Virus record (IMG/VR): IMGVR_UViG_3300034523_000087
Source of the DNA: a virus
DNA: 63,327 bases
Direction: 5' to 3' (one strand)
Every line of letters begins with the position of its first letter. The first letter of the stretch is position 1. A program made the translations under genes and the position numbers. Under the pieces are notes generated by a model. The model was not told where the DNA came from. It saw only the letters and a list, made by a program, of their open reading frames with translations, and searched no databases. This document shows positions 43,290-52,800 of this stretch, in pieces.

Positions 43290-43626
43290 GCTACGCTGCC
43301 GCTGCCGCGAATGCGGCGCTCGGAACACCAAGCGCGGGGATCTGAAGTTCGGTCTTGCCCGCGCTCGGTGCCGAGTCTGCAAAAAGATCGGCACGTTGCG
43401 TGTCGATAAATGGGCTGACAGAAGAGGCTGGTTGGTCGGCAGGCTATGCCGTTGCAGTGGTGTACCGTTCCCCCACCGGCCGAGGCTGGTTGGTTACGTC
43501 ACGCACTGCGGCGCTGAAATTTTCGTGGAGTGTACGTGTGGCCAGGGGTATCGGATCGACGAAGCGCCGGCAGGAACTGTCGAAGCGTGCGGCCCGGTTG
43601 AAGAGCCAGGGCTTTACCCTTTCTGA
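43267..43626 (+). CDS. Cys-rich multi-Zn-ribbon protein (119 aa)
   Basis: GTG start; CRCRECG...CRVCKK...CRCSG...HCG...CTCGQG; the 3' end overlaps the HTH reading frame. Confidence 0.55.
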   Translation: MKRPRKAKLRCRCRECGARNTKRGDLKFGLARARCRVCKKIGTLRVDKWADRRGWLVGRLCRCSGVPFPHRPRLVGYVTHCGAEIFVECTCGQGYRIDEAPAGTVEACGPVEEPGLYPF

Positions 43627-43708
43627 AATATCGACCATGACGGGCATACCGCGCGATAAGGTCAACATGCGCGTGAAGCTCGGCGAGCGGTTACTGAGCC
43701 TGGAGTGA
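43538..43708 (+). CDS. possible small HTH DNA-binding protein (56 aa), or C-terminal domain of a frameshift fusion
   Basis: Frame of track ORF 43355..43708; GTG 43538 with GGAG 7 nt upstream; QGFTLSEISTMTGIPRDKVNMRVK looks like a LuxR/sigma-region-4-type HTH. Confidence 0.4.
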   Translation: MARGIGSTKRRQELSKRAARLKSQGFTLSEISTMTGIPRDKVNMRVKLGERLLSLE

Positions 43709-43711
43709 GCT

Positions 43712-44239
43712 ATGTGGACTTTTTGCCCGGAATGCGGGTGCGGAACATTCGAAAAGCACAGCGGTTTCAACGTATGTGCGAACTGCGGACAGGATTGGAA
43801 TCCCGAAGCGGACTACACCGAGGTAGTGCGAGCACACCTCAGTAAGGTGTACCAAGACAAAGACGCGGAAATTGCCCGCTACAAGCAGCTGTACCACAAA
43901 GCTCTCGGCGCGATGGAGCGGTTGAAGATCCCGACCAAGCGGGATGCCGACGCCATGATGTGCGTGCTGGCGTCGCTCGTGGCAGCCATATCCTTGCTGG
44001 AGCGCGGCGGGAAGAAAGCAGCGGCGTCGGACACCATGTTCAACCAGATGCTGCTCGATTACAAAGCCGCTGTGACTGTAGGGCGCAAAGCACTGCGGCG
44101 CATGCGCGGTGAAAACGACCAAGCGTACGACAGCAATGCAGAGCGGTTGACCAAGGAAGCGCTCGGCACCGGCGCGGAGATAAACCCCGAAGCAACGTCT
44201 GTAGATGATCTGTTCCTCGACAAGCAAGGTGACCTATGA
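43712..44239 (+). CDS. N-terminal Zn-ribbon protein (175 aa)
   Basis: Track ORF, GGAG RBS; CPECGC...CANCG. Confidence 0.7.
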   Translation: MWTFCPECGCGTFEKHSGFNVCANCGQDWNPEADYTEVVRAHLSKVYQDKDAEIARYKQLYHKALGAMERLKIPTKRDADAMMCVLASLVAAISLLERGGKKAAASDTMFNQMLLDYKAAVTVGRKALRRMRGENDQAYDSNAERLTKEALGTGAEINPEATSVDDLFLDKQGDL

Positions 44240-45738
44240 CTGGGACCGTACTCAAACAAATTGACCTGGCTGCCAAGATCGGTCAGGACGGCAGTGCGAT
44301 GCAAGCCATGCACGCACTTGGTGTAATCCGAGATTTGATTGCGGGTTATACCGCCGAGGTCGAGCACGTTAATGGCGGAAAAGTGAAGCGTTACACCATC
44401 GGGCGGAACGGCCTACCTGAGTTCCATGACTCCGGTGAGTACGTCGCATCGAGCGACTATGACGCTATCGCCGCCAAGCTGACTGCGATTGAGGGCGAGC
44501 GCAAACTGTCAGACCTCGGTAACGAATTGCACAACCTTTCGTGCTCGATCGTTCACGAAAACGAGAAACTGGCTGAACAAATCGGTGGCATAGCCCGCGA
44601 GCTTTGGAATTGGCCACAAGCCTGCGCCGCCCTGGCGCAACCCTCTCCGGCGCAGGCAGAGCAGGCAGAGGCGGAGCGGCCGGAGGTGGTGGCAGTGATG
44701 GAGTCGAACGGTGCTGGTGGAAAGCGTCTCGCTCAGCGGTTCCCCATCGTGAACGTATTCGTAGGCGATGAACTGATGACCGTCGCCCAGCATGAGTGCA
44801 TCGTCGGGGAACTGCGGGCGGTGATCGCCCAACTCCGCCAGCACAAGAACGATTACATGGATTCCGGCCAGGAAACTTACCGAGCCTTGCAGAACGAAAT
44901 CCGGGAGCGGGAAGCGGAAATTGCTCGGTTCGATGGTCTGGTTTCGAGCCGCACGGTGGAGCGCGACGCCGCTCAGGCCGAAGTCGAGCGGCTGCGCCAA
45001 GGTATGAAGGGCGACTATGACATCGACGCGTGGCTCGAATGGACTAAAGAGCGCGACACCGCCCTGGCCAGGGTTGCGGAGCTTGAATCTAAACTTGCGG
45101 ACACGCAACCCTACAAACAGCACCCGCAGATCGTAGGGTACGCCCGAAAAAAGGAACTTGCGCCACTGCTCGATCCAACCCAACCTGATGGCAGCCACAT
45201 CTACATCGGTCTGGACCATCCGGCATGCTGGGCTGAAGAACCACCTTACGAATTCTTGACCCCTTTGTACACCGGTCCTGTGGCTCAGAACAGCGTGCCG
45301 GATAGGTACGTGCTTGTGCCGGTTGAGCCGCTTCTCGACATGATGAGCGACAAGGACCACGACACCAGAATCACAGCTGAGCGCCAACTGCTTTCCATAC
45401 TCGCCGCCGCGCCCGGCAAGGAAGTGCCGCAGGCATGGCTCGACGTTCAGGCAGAGCGCCGCCGGCAGGTCGAGGCCGAGGGATGGACGCCGGAGCACGA
45501 CGACGGCCACGCCTGTGACGAGATCGCGGCCTTCGCATGCTACTACGCGATGCCGCCGGCGGTTCGCGACTGGGACGCCAGCAGCACCGGTTACGGTGAC
45601 ACGTTGGGCAAGGCTGTTCTCCCCGAAGGGTGGGAACCGAAGACCGGTGACCGACGCCGTGAGCTGGTCAAAGCTTGCGCACTGGCACTGGCCGAAATCG
45701 AACGACTGGACCGCGCCGCGGATAAGGAGCAGGAATGA
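44236..45738 (+). CDS. long coiled-coil protein with C-terminal DUF550-like domain (Ea22-like architecture)
   Basis: ATGA coupling; central heptad-rich region; C-terminal EGWTPEHDDGHACDEIAAFACYYA resembles the DUF550 signature from memory. Confidence 0.75.
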   Translation: MTGTVLKQIDLAAKIGQDGSAMQAMHALGVIRDLIAGYTAEVEHVNGGKVKRYTIGRNGLPEFHDSGEYVASSDYDAIAAKLTAIEGERKLSDLGNELHNLSCSIVHENEKLAEQIGGIARELWNWPQACAALAQPSPAQAEQAEAERPEVVAVMESNGAGGKRLAQRFPIVNVFVGDELMTVAQHECIVGELRAVIAQLRQHKNDYMDSGQETYRALQNEIREREAEIARFDGLVSSRTVERDAAQAEVERLRQGMKGDYDIDAWLEWTKERDTALARVAELESKLADTQPYKQHPQIVGYARKKELAPLLDPTQPDGSHIYIGLDHPACWAEEPPYEFLTPLYTGPVAQNSVPDRYVLVPVEPLLDMMSDKDHDTRITAERQLLSILAAAPGKEVPQAWLDVQAERRRQVEAEGWTPEHDDGHACDEIAAFACYYAMPPAVRDWDASSTGYGDTLGKAVLPEGWEPKTGDRRRELVKACALALAEIERLDRAADKEQE

Positions 45739-46127
45739 ACCTGACCTGGGAATTCATGAAGCACATCGCCGAGCAGCAGGACGTGAAAGAAATGCTGGCG
45801 CAGTTCGCCGACTACAAGACCGAAGACTGTGCTGTTCTTCTGGTCCAGCACATCGTGTCGGCTTACGTCACCTGCGACAACGCTCACGCTGCTCCGGCGT
45901 GCGGTGACCCTGAGTGCCTGCACGTCGAGAAGAACCTCGACGTGCAGAAAACGAAGGAACTGCTGGGCCTCGCAACGAATGCACTGAAGACGATGTGCTC
46001 TGTCGAGAGGAAAGAACAAATCGACCCGATGATAGCTTTTGTCAGGGTCATGTGTAACGACCGAGACGAGCGGACTCACGTCCTGGCAACTCTGCAACTG
46101 CTGAAGGAGCTGATGAATGTTGTATAG
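45735..46127 (+). CDS. hypothetical protein (130 aa), last rightward gene
   Basis: ATGA coupling, AAGGAG RBS; followed by the convergent terminator. Confidence 0.7.
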   Translation: MNLTWEFMKHIAEQQDVKEMLAQFADYKTEDCAVLLVQHIVSAYVTCDNAHAAPACGDPECLHVEKNLDVQKTKELLGLATNALKTMCSVERKEQIDPMIAFVRVMCNDRDERTHVLATLQLLKELMNVV

Positions 46128-46151
46128 CGATTGACCGATCTTCCAGAGACA

Positions 46152-46183
46152 AGAAACCCGGCACATGGCCGGGTTTCTTTTTG
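46152..46183 (+). terminator. terminator at the convergence of the two arms
   Basis: AGAAACCCGGC-ACATG-GCCGGGTTTCT-TTTT; 11-bp stem between genes ending at 46127 (+) and 46213 (-). Confidence 0.85.
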
Positions 46184-46212
46184 CTCTGTACCGATCTATG
46201 GGGCGCGGGGTT

Positions 46213-46440
46213 TCACTCCGGCAACGGGTACCTGGCCTTGATCTCTTCGACCTTAGCAATCCAGGCAGAGTAATCCGGCTCGACACCGGCTTTGATCGCG
46301 TCGAATTCAGCCTCGGTCTTGAGCGGGTCACTCTCCAATCGGTAAGCGTCCGCCCGTGCCGCGACCGCAGCATCGTGCGCAGCCTGCCGACGTTCTTCGG
46401 CCTGCTGCTCAGCAGTCTTCACCTTACTCCAGTCGATCAT
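46213..46440 (-). CDS. hypothetical protein, possible tail-fibre chaperone (75 aa)
   Basis: Last gene of the fibre cassette; ATGA coupling; function by position only. Confidence 0.6.
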   Translation of the reverse strand: MIDWSKVKTAEQQAEERRQAAHDAAVAARADAYRLESDPLKTEAEFDAIKAGVEPDYSAWIAKVEEIKARYPLPE

Positions 46441-46748
46441 TGCGGCAACTCCACCGGGCCATCGGCCTCGACCAGCAACGGTTCAGGGAAGCGGGCGGCG
46501 GCACTGGCATCGACGGGGAGCGGTAAACGCAGGGTCAGTTCCAACCGGCCAGAGCGCCGCAATACGGGGCCTTCAAACCACTCCGATTCAATAGCGTCAG
46601 ACGGTAGTTCACCGCCTTCCGGGAGCGGCGTGAAATCGAACTCTACACCGTTCACAGTGAGTACATCGCCAGCCCTGCTCAGTGACAGGCGCTCGTCGCT
46701 TCCCGGCAGCGGAGCAAACGGTGACAACTTGATGATCATCAGAACCAC
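46437..46748 (-). CDS. hypothetical protein, possible tail-fibre assembly factor (103 aa)
   Basis: Track ORF directly after the fibre gene; function by position only. Confidence 0.6.
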   Translation of the reverse strand: MVLMIIKLSPFAPLPGSDERLSLSRAGDVLTVNGVEFDFTPLPEGGELPSDAIESEWFEGPVLRRSGRLELTLRLPLPVDASAAARFPEPLLVEADGPVELPQ

Positions 46749-47302
46749 CTCCCCACAACCATAATGCTCAACCCGTTAGTACCAAGGTCTTCATTCAAGT
46801 AGAAAGTAACTTGGTCCCCGCCCATGTAGCCGCCCCTAACCCCCGCCGCAGCCGATGGCCAGCCGCTGAACGGTATCCAGTTGACGATGAGGCTATATGA
46901 GGATCCTCCGGCAAACTCAGCCGCCAACTGCACTGTGTTGGGCCCTGCTTGGTAGTTGCTACCAGACCCCGTGATTTGGCGTATGCAAATCTGAGTTCCA
47001 TCTGCAAACCGAACGAACTCACCATTCGCGTTGCTGCCACGTTGAATCACCGCCCCTGTCGGTATTCCGCTCGACTGCGAAACGGCGCCGAGAATGCTGT
47101 CTCGCGAGTACAAAGCCCCAGTTGAACCCAGGGCAGCTCTAATTGCAGCACTCCCAAGCCCAAGGGACGTGCGCGCGCCAGCGGCAGTTGCAGCGCCTGT
47201 GCCGCCATTGGTGATGGGTACGGTATCGCTGGTAGCGAACTGGGATAGGTTCCCGTTGCCTCCGCCGTTGTCGATTACCTTCAGAGGGATTGCGTCAGCC
47301 AT
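46739..47302 (-). CDS. tail fibre protein
   Basis: The N-terminal PITNGGTGAATAAGARTSLGLG motif is a common tail-fibre signature; lower GC than the flanks. Confidence 0.8.
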   Translation of the reverse strand: MADAIPLKVIDNGGGNGNLSQFATSDTVPITNGGTGAATAAGARTSLGLGSAAIRAALGSTGALYSRDSILGAVSQSSGIPTGAVIQRGSNANGEFVRFADGTQICIRQITGSGSNYQAGPNTVQLAAEFAGGSSYSLIVNWIPFSGWPSAAAGVRGGYMGGDQVTFYLNEDLGTNGLSIMVVGRWF

Positions 47303-47501
47303 TGGTCACCACCGGGATATTCAGCGAGCCGCCGGCAGCGAGTGCTACCGGCAGCATCTGGTTGGTGTTCAGCGGCACGCGAAGCGTACCACCGGCCCGC
47401 ATGTACACCAGCACGCCGAGAGGTACACCCAGCAGCGTGTCGCCGTCTGGCAGCTCACGAGGAAAGCCGCTGCCATGGACGAGGGGTTTACGCGCCGCCA
47501 T
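47295..47501 (-). CDS. hypothetical protein (68 aa)
   Basis: Track ORF within the fibre cassette. Confidence 0.55.
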   Translation of the reverse strand: MAARKPLVHGSGFPRELPDGDTLLGVPLGVLVYMRAGGTLRVPLNTNQMLPVALAAGGSLNIPVVTNG

Positions 47502-47509
47502 GGTTCACC

Positions 47510-48025
47510 TCACGCCAGCACGATCGGTTGCCGGCCGATCTCGACGTTGACCACGGTAGCGCTCACCGCGGTACCCAGGGGCTGCACGATCTGGCCAGTT
47601 CCAGTCGGCGGGGTAGCTACGCCGGCTCCGGGAGTGGTCGCGCTGAGCCACACGTTGCCGGGGGTCATCCCGGTGACCTGGGTGTTCGAACCTTCGAAGT
47701 ACACCGTCGCGTTCGCTGCGCTGGCCACGGCCGACAAAACGAAGCCGTGAGCCATCTTAGCGGTGCCGCCGGCGGCGTCAGCCTTGCGGACTTTGAACGC
47801 GCCAGCATCGGCCCACACGTTCACGTAATCACCCGCGGCCAGTGCCTCGGATGCTTCGATGATCGCGGTATCGGCCCCGATGCCAGAGGGCAGCACAGAG
47901 CTGTCCAAGCGGCCAGTCGAGTCGAGTGCAGGGATATCGCCGGCGTTACCAGCGCCCGACGAGACGACGGTCGCTTCGACCTCGGTCGGGAAACCCCCTT
48001 GGTTGGAAAGGTACTTGTCTGCCAT
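47510..48025 (-). CDS. tail fibre-like protein (171 aa)
   Basis: GDIPALDSTGRLDSSVLP motif typical of fibre N-termini; Ala/Gly/Thr-rich. Confidence 0.75.
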   Translation of the reverse strand: MADKYLSNQGGFPTEVEATVVSSGAGNAGDIPALDSTGRLDSSVLPSGIGADTAIIEASEALAAGDYVNVWADAGAFKVRKADAAGGTAKMAHGFVLSAVASAANATVYFEGSNTQVTGMTPGNVWLSATTPGAGVATPPTGTGQIVQPLGTAVSATVVNVEIGRQPIVLA

Positions 48026-48026
48026 G

Positions 48027-48704
48027 TCACACCTCCAGCGTGATCGCCACGCCTATGTCTATGAAAAGGGTAGTCGGGTCGAGCGCGAAGCCTACGATCA
48101 ACGAGAACAACGCGCCAGGGGGAACAGTCTGCGTGAGGTTGCCATCCTGGCCGAGGAACACAGCTCCGGGCGTCCACGCCCACCCGGAGTGTTGCACTTC
48201 ACCGAGACGCTGCACATCCACTGTGCCGCCAGGGGATGCCGCATTCAGCGACAGCCCGAGTGTGTTGATACGGTTGATCATCGTCGAGCAGTCAGCGTAC
48301 ACGACCTGATCGGCATCGATAGGTGCCACCATGCGATGGCCGGACATCGGGGTAAGCGCCACCTTCTGGATGATCGCGCCGCCGGCTGGTCCAGGCTCGC
48401 CCTTGTCACCCTTTCGCCCAGGCTGCCCAGCCAGGACAACGAACGCCGCCGAGCGCAGATCCTGAACCTGCTGCGCCCCAGGCTGGATCATCACTTCGGT
48501 CACTGCCTGGTCCGGCGGCAGCACCATGTCGGTGTACTCCAGCTGCGAAGCTCGGCGCGCCAACGGCAGGACGATCTCCATGTCCGGGTCACGTACAAGA
48601 AGAGCCTGGTGCCGCTGGCGCACAACGAGAGCGGTGCGGGCAGCGTTGCGCACAGCCAGGCACTGGCCGACCTGGCGGACGACTAGAGCCTGACCTGCGT
48701 TCAT
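48027..48704 (-). CDS. collagen-like tail fibre protein (225 aa)
   Basis: G-X-Y run GQPGRKGDKGEPGPAGG (nt 48378..48428), followed by a globular C-terminal domain. Confidence 0.75.
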   Translation of the reverse strand: MNAGQALVVRQVGQCLAVRNAARTALVVRQRHQALLVRDPDMEIVLPLARRASQLEYTDMVLPPDQAVTEVMIQPGAQQVQDLRSAAFVVLAGQPGRKGDKGEPGPAGGAIIQKVALTPMSGHRMVAPIDADQVVYADCSTMINRINTLGLSLNAASPGGTVDVQRLGEVQHSGWAWTPGAVFLGQDGNLTQTVPPGALFSLIVGFALDPTTLFIDIGVAITLEV

Positions 48705-49294
48705 TTCGCTACCTCGGCGGTTACGGTCACGCGACCGGAGGCCACCGGGTAGACCACGGTGAGGTCGGCGGGGTCGTACAGTTCGAGGTCGTACAACGCC
48801 TTGTTCCAGTCCAGGGTGGCGGTCACGTCAGCACCGACGACGATGCTTATGGTGCTGGTCGGAATGTCGATCACGACCCGGCCATCAGTCGTGCTCCCGG
48901 TCAGCAGAGCATCGGCGTCACCCGGCGTGCGCCGGATAGCGAAGCGTGCGGCGAGGCCAGTGAGGTCCGCGGGGGTATAGAAGACGATGGTACCGGCCCC
49001 GCCGAACGCCTTGAGCCCGATCCCGTTCACGTCATTGAGTTCGAGGCTGTCCGGGGTCAAGACCTTGGCCAGGTAGAACTGCCCAGGCTGGGTATTCAGC
49101 TCCGGCGGGGCCTTCACGCTCTGCACCTCGAATGGCCAACCATCGGACAGGCCGTGACCGGGCACCGTCAACACGACGGGAGCGGCGGCCGTAGCGCCGG
49201 TTATGGGCCGGTACAGCTTGACCGGATCGGCCCAGCGGAAGGCGAATTCGAACGTCTTCCCCTGGAGAATGTGCAAATCGATAGAGCAAGTCAT
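48701..49294 (-). CDS. virion beta-sandwich protein, first gene of the fibre cassette (197 aa)
   Basis: Track ORF with a strong AGGAGGG RBS; ATGA coupling to the next gene. Confidence 0.75.
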   Translation of the reverse strand: MTCSIDLHILQGKTFEFAFRWADPVKLYRPITGATAAAPVVLTVPGHGLSDGWPFEVQSVKAPPELNTQPGQFYLAKVLTPDSLELNDVNGIGLKAFGGAGTIVFYTPADLTGLAARFAIRRTPGDADALLTGSTTDGRVVIDIPTSTISIVVGADVTATLDWNKALYDLELYDPADLTVVYPVASGRVTVTAEVAK

Positions 49295-49397
49295 GGTGCG
49301 CCCTCCTGTGAGCTGCGGAAAGTATGCCAGCCGGCCCCAGGCTGCGCCACGCGGCGTGGAAGCGTGGTCAGGGGTACGGTTGTGGCCGTAGACCCGG

Positions 49398-49425
49398 AAA
49401 AACGCACCACGGGCCTGTTTGGTGC
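49398..49425 (-). terminator. intrinsic-terminator-like hairpin between R2 and the fibre cassette
   Basis: Minus strand GCACCAAACAGGCCCGTGGTGCGTTTTTCC. Confidence 0.5.
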
Positions 49426-49483
49426 CTTAAAAGCCGTATCGATCGCATTGATAGTCCAGAGCACAACTATCAATTGTCACGAT

Positions 49484-49520
49484 GTTACGAAATTTTCGGA
49501 ACAGGCCAAAATTTCGTAAC
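49484..49520. other. inverted repeat GTTACGAAATTTT-N11-AAAATTTCGTAAC
   Basis: 13-bp perfect arms; arms conserved with R1 while the loop sequence differs. Confidence 0.85.
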
Positions 49521-49544
49521 ACGCTGGAGCCTTAGTGCCACAAG
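49508..49544 (-). promoter_or_regulatory. copy of the conserved box on the minus strand
   Basis: Minus strand reads CTTGTGGCACTAAGGCTCCAGCGTGTTACGAAATTTT; points toward the fibre cassette. Confidence 0.55.
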
Positions 49545-49576
49545 GGTTCTAGCGATTTCTGTCACGATGTTACGAT

Positions 49577-49640
49577 CTTTACTACTTTATTCCACTACAG
49601 AAAAAATAAATAAGATATATAAAAGATATAGATACTTAGG
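49577..49640. other. AT-rich core of R2
   Basis: CTTTACTACTTTATTCCACTACAGAAAAAATAAATAAGATATATAAAAGATATAGATACTTAGG. Confidence 0.85.
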
Positions 49641-49710
49641 GCCGCCAGGGGTACAGGGTAGTATGTACGTGCTCCAGCTACGAAAAGTTTTCCCGTGACA
49701 ATCGTGACAA

Positions 49711-49734
49711 TCGTGACAGCCTAGTGCCACGCGG
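49711..49734 (-). promoter_or_regulatory. shortened copy of the conserved box
   Basis: Minus strand reads CCGCGTGGCACTAGGCTGTCACGA (lacks the CCAGNCT segment). Confidence 0.45.
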
Positions 49735-49860
49735 CCTCCAGCTGTCACGATCTGTCACGATGTTACGATGTTGGTCCCGGCGACACCCCTCTTGTTGAGA
49801 ACGATTCTCGAAATATCGATTATGGTTAAATTCTCCAGGGCGATATTTCCGCCCCGGAAC

Positions 49861-52800
49861 CTATCGATCAATCCAATCTTTCCATAGCGCATTCCCCGGT
49901 AGAGCGCCCAGGGCGGCCCCCGTCACGTCCCCGTCCAGGGTCTTCTCCCCGGCCTTGAGCATGTAGCTGAAGGTCGGCCCCAGGGTGAACGCGGGGCTTT
50001 CGATGCCATCGGTAGCGAACTGCCGCACGCCGAGCAGGCCGGCACGTTCTACGCCGCGCAGGACGATATCCCCCGCGTCCTGGCTCTTGTACCAGTCCGG
50101 CTCGTCGCCCGCTCCCTGGAGCATGGCCTTGAGGAAGTCGGCGGCGATCATGAAAGGCACGTACGCGACCAGGGTCAGCATGGGCGCGTAGTTCCCGTTG
50201 CGCAGCTCGTGAGTAGCCCGGTCGAGGATGGTCCGCTGGAAGCTGTAGGTGAACTGCTTGAGGTGCCACACGAGCATCCAGTGCGGATCGCTAGCCCACG
50301 CCGGCCGGTCAGCCGCATGCGGACGCAGCACAGCGCCGTCGACCCACCGGCCGATGGCTTCGCGAAGCAAGCGGCTTTTCTGGATAGCGTCCTTCGGGTT
50401 CATGCCCTGGTCGATGAAGTCCTGGGCGCGGAACAGCAGCCGGCCGTTCGCATCGGTCTGCACGTCCGCGGCGGTGATACCAAGCTCGTCGAGGTACCGC
50501 GTGCTGTGCTGGTTGACCCCCTCGGCATGGCGGATGATGAATTTCTCGGCGGCGACCGTTGCTGCCGAACGCATCGCAGTGTTCCACCCCTCCATCAGGT
50601 TGTACTTGAACAGCAGGTTGTTCGTTTTGCGCGCCCAGTCCGACATGTAGTTCGAGCCGTACATGTCGCCGAGCAGATCAAGCACGAACGATTCCTCGAC
50701 GGTGCCAACGTCTTCGGCGAAGCGCTGGATATCGAGTTTGTTGCCGTTGCGCCGCAGGCTCTGCGGGATGTTCCGCACACCGGCTTTGAACGCGGTCCAG
50801 GCATCGCTCACTTCCCCACCGCGCACAACGATACCCAATGGATCGATCAGGGAGCTGAAGATCGACAGCGGCAGGACAACGAGGTTCTGCCACGTGATCA
50901 GGCCGGACATTGCACCCCGCAAGTGCGGATCGATGCTGCTGCCGAGTGTGCCTTCGAGCGCCTGGATAGCCGGTGCCACGTCGCGTTCGATTTGCTCATC
51001 GGTGAGGCCGTACCGCTTGGCTTCTTGCAACTGAGCCTTCAGACGCTCACCGTTCTGACCGAAGTGCTTCGTGTACTCCCCACGTTTCGCTGCCTGGGTC
51101 ACGTACCGGGTCAGCACGCGAACGATATCCGGGTCCATGTAGGCCGCCACCGGCGCGCGGTCTTTCAACCGGATCTTCCGTTCGTTGACCGCCTCCATGT
51201 AGGGGGAGTAGCCAACGAGGTCTTCGCTCAGCGCCAGTTGACCTTCGTTGCCCACCAGGTTCTCCGCCACGGACTCGGCAACATCAGGCGTCATGTCGAC
51301 CCAGTTGCCGTTGCTATCGCGTACCTGCCCCACCGATACCAGGGCGTTGACGAAGTTGTCGAAGTCGGCGTCGATAGCCTCACGACTCCATGCTTGCGGG
51401 AAATAATCCTGCACCTGCGACACGTCTACATTCGATACCTTCATGTAGTTGAACACGCGGCGCAGCAGCGACTTGGTGTCGTCGTACTTTTGCGCCAGCG
51501 CCGGGTCACTCGGCCGGGTGTTGCTGTGCAACGCCGTCGACAGGTCAGCGAGCTGTTGCTCGTCCATGGTCTTGATGATGTTCGCCAGCTGGGTGCCGAA
51601 CAGGTTCGTCACTTCGCGGACGGTCTGGATGTACCCAGCGCGCTGGCCCTGGGTATCGCTGCGTGCGTAGAACTGGTCGGCGATCTTGCTGAGTGCGGGA
51701 TTGCCGTAGTTCTTCAACCGCCCGTGCGCGGTGCGCAGGAACTTCCCGGTCAACGTGCTTACGCGGTCAGCCACTTTGCTGCTGACAAGCGCACGCTCAG
51801 GGCCGGACAGGGATTGCATCACCACCCGGTTGACTGCGCTCGGCCGGCGTAGCTTCCCGTCCTTGAACGCCTGGAGATACAGCTCGGCCTTCTGCTGGTT
51901 GTCGAGGATCGACAGCGTTCCGCGTATCCACCCAGCGAAACGAGACAGCCACGTCTGCGGCTGTGCTTGCAGGTCAAGCATGCCGCTCGCCCACAACTCG
52001 TACATGTAGGCGATCCGCTCTTCCGGGTCGCTGAGCTGTTCCAAGGCGGCCGGTTCGCTGGCCAGCAAGGAGCGCATTTTTCCGAGCACCACCGGGTTGC
52101 TCGCCGCGCGGTCCAGCACCTTGATGAATTGGCTCTGTTGTTTCTGCCCGCGCAGCACCGAGATCAGCGCGTGCATCGACTCGTGGAACGCGGTCGACAT
52201 GGGGCTGGCGGCGTTGATCGCGACCTTGATGAACCGCTGCATGGTCGGGTTGCCGTGGATGTCCGGCCGAGTCGGGTCCAACTTCTCGGTGAACATCCCG
52301 CTGATACCCGGCAGTTTTTCGATGCTGAACATCACGTCGGCCGGTAGCACGCGGTTGATGTAGTCGGTCAAGTCCTTGGCCTGCGCAGTGCTCATGTCCG
52401 CAGCGCCCTGCGGCCTTGCGCTCTCACGCGGCGTGTCGGAGGACTGCCCCGCCTGCGAAGTCTCGCCGAGGTACTGCTGGTGGTACGCCTCTAGGGAGTC
52501 GATGTTGTCGGCGAGGTACGTTACCGACCGGCCAGCAAGACCAGCCTCGAAGAAGGCGTCGTCGGCGATGAAGGACAAGCGCCCAAGACGCAGAAGACGC
52601 TCAGTCGCGGCCGGGTCCGCCCATTGCGCCGACAGCTGCTTGTCGATAGCCGCGCCGAGGATGTCCCGCGACCGCTGTACACCCTGCCTGGTGTCGAGAC
52701 TACGGCGGGCTTCTCGGTTCGCTACAGGGTCCATCGACTCTCGGCGGTTGTGCAGGTCTTCGCGCGTGGCGCGGTCGAACGCACGAGCCAGGTCGCCGGC

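Larger units (their letters stand above)
49398..49520 (-). ncRNA. candidate structured small transcript or leader (three hairpins ending in a terminator)
   Basis: On the minus strand: hairpin 49520->49484, hairpin 49474->49447 (ATTGATAG/CTATCAAT), then GCACCA-N10-TGGTGC plus GTTTTT at 49425->49398; downstream of box copy 49544->49508. Confidence 0.25.
49431..49770. repeat. noncoding composite module R2, partner of R1
   Basis: 566-bp gene-free gap; the core 49476..49720 aligns with 18237..18470 in the same orientation. Confidence 0.9.

Noticed and set aside
50209-51852. 547-aa + strand ORF (likewise 56380..58500, 706 aa; 6886..8631, 581 aa; 16451..17734 -, 427 aa; 35371..36522 -, 383 aa; 40195..41310 -, 371 aa)
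   Set aside because: All lie antisense to better-supported genes of the co-oriented operons and show junk-like composition.
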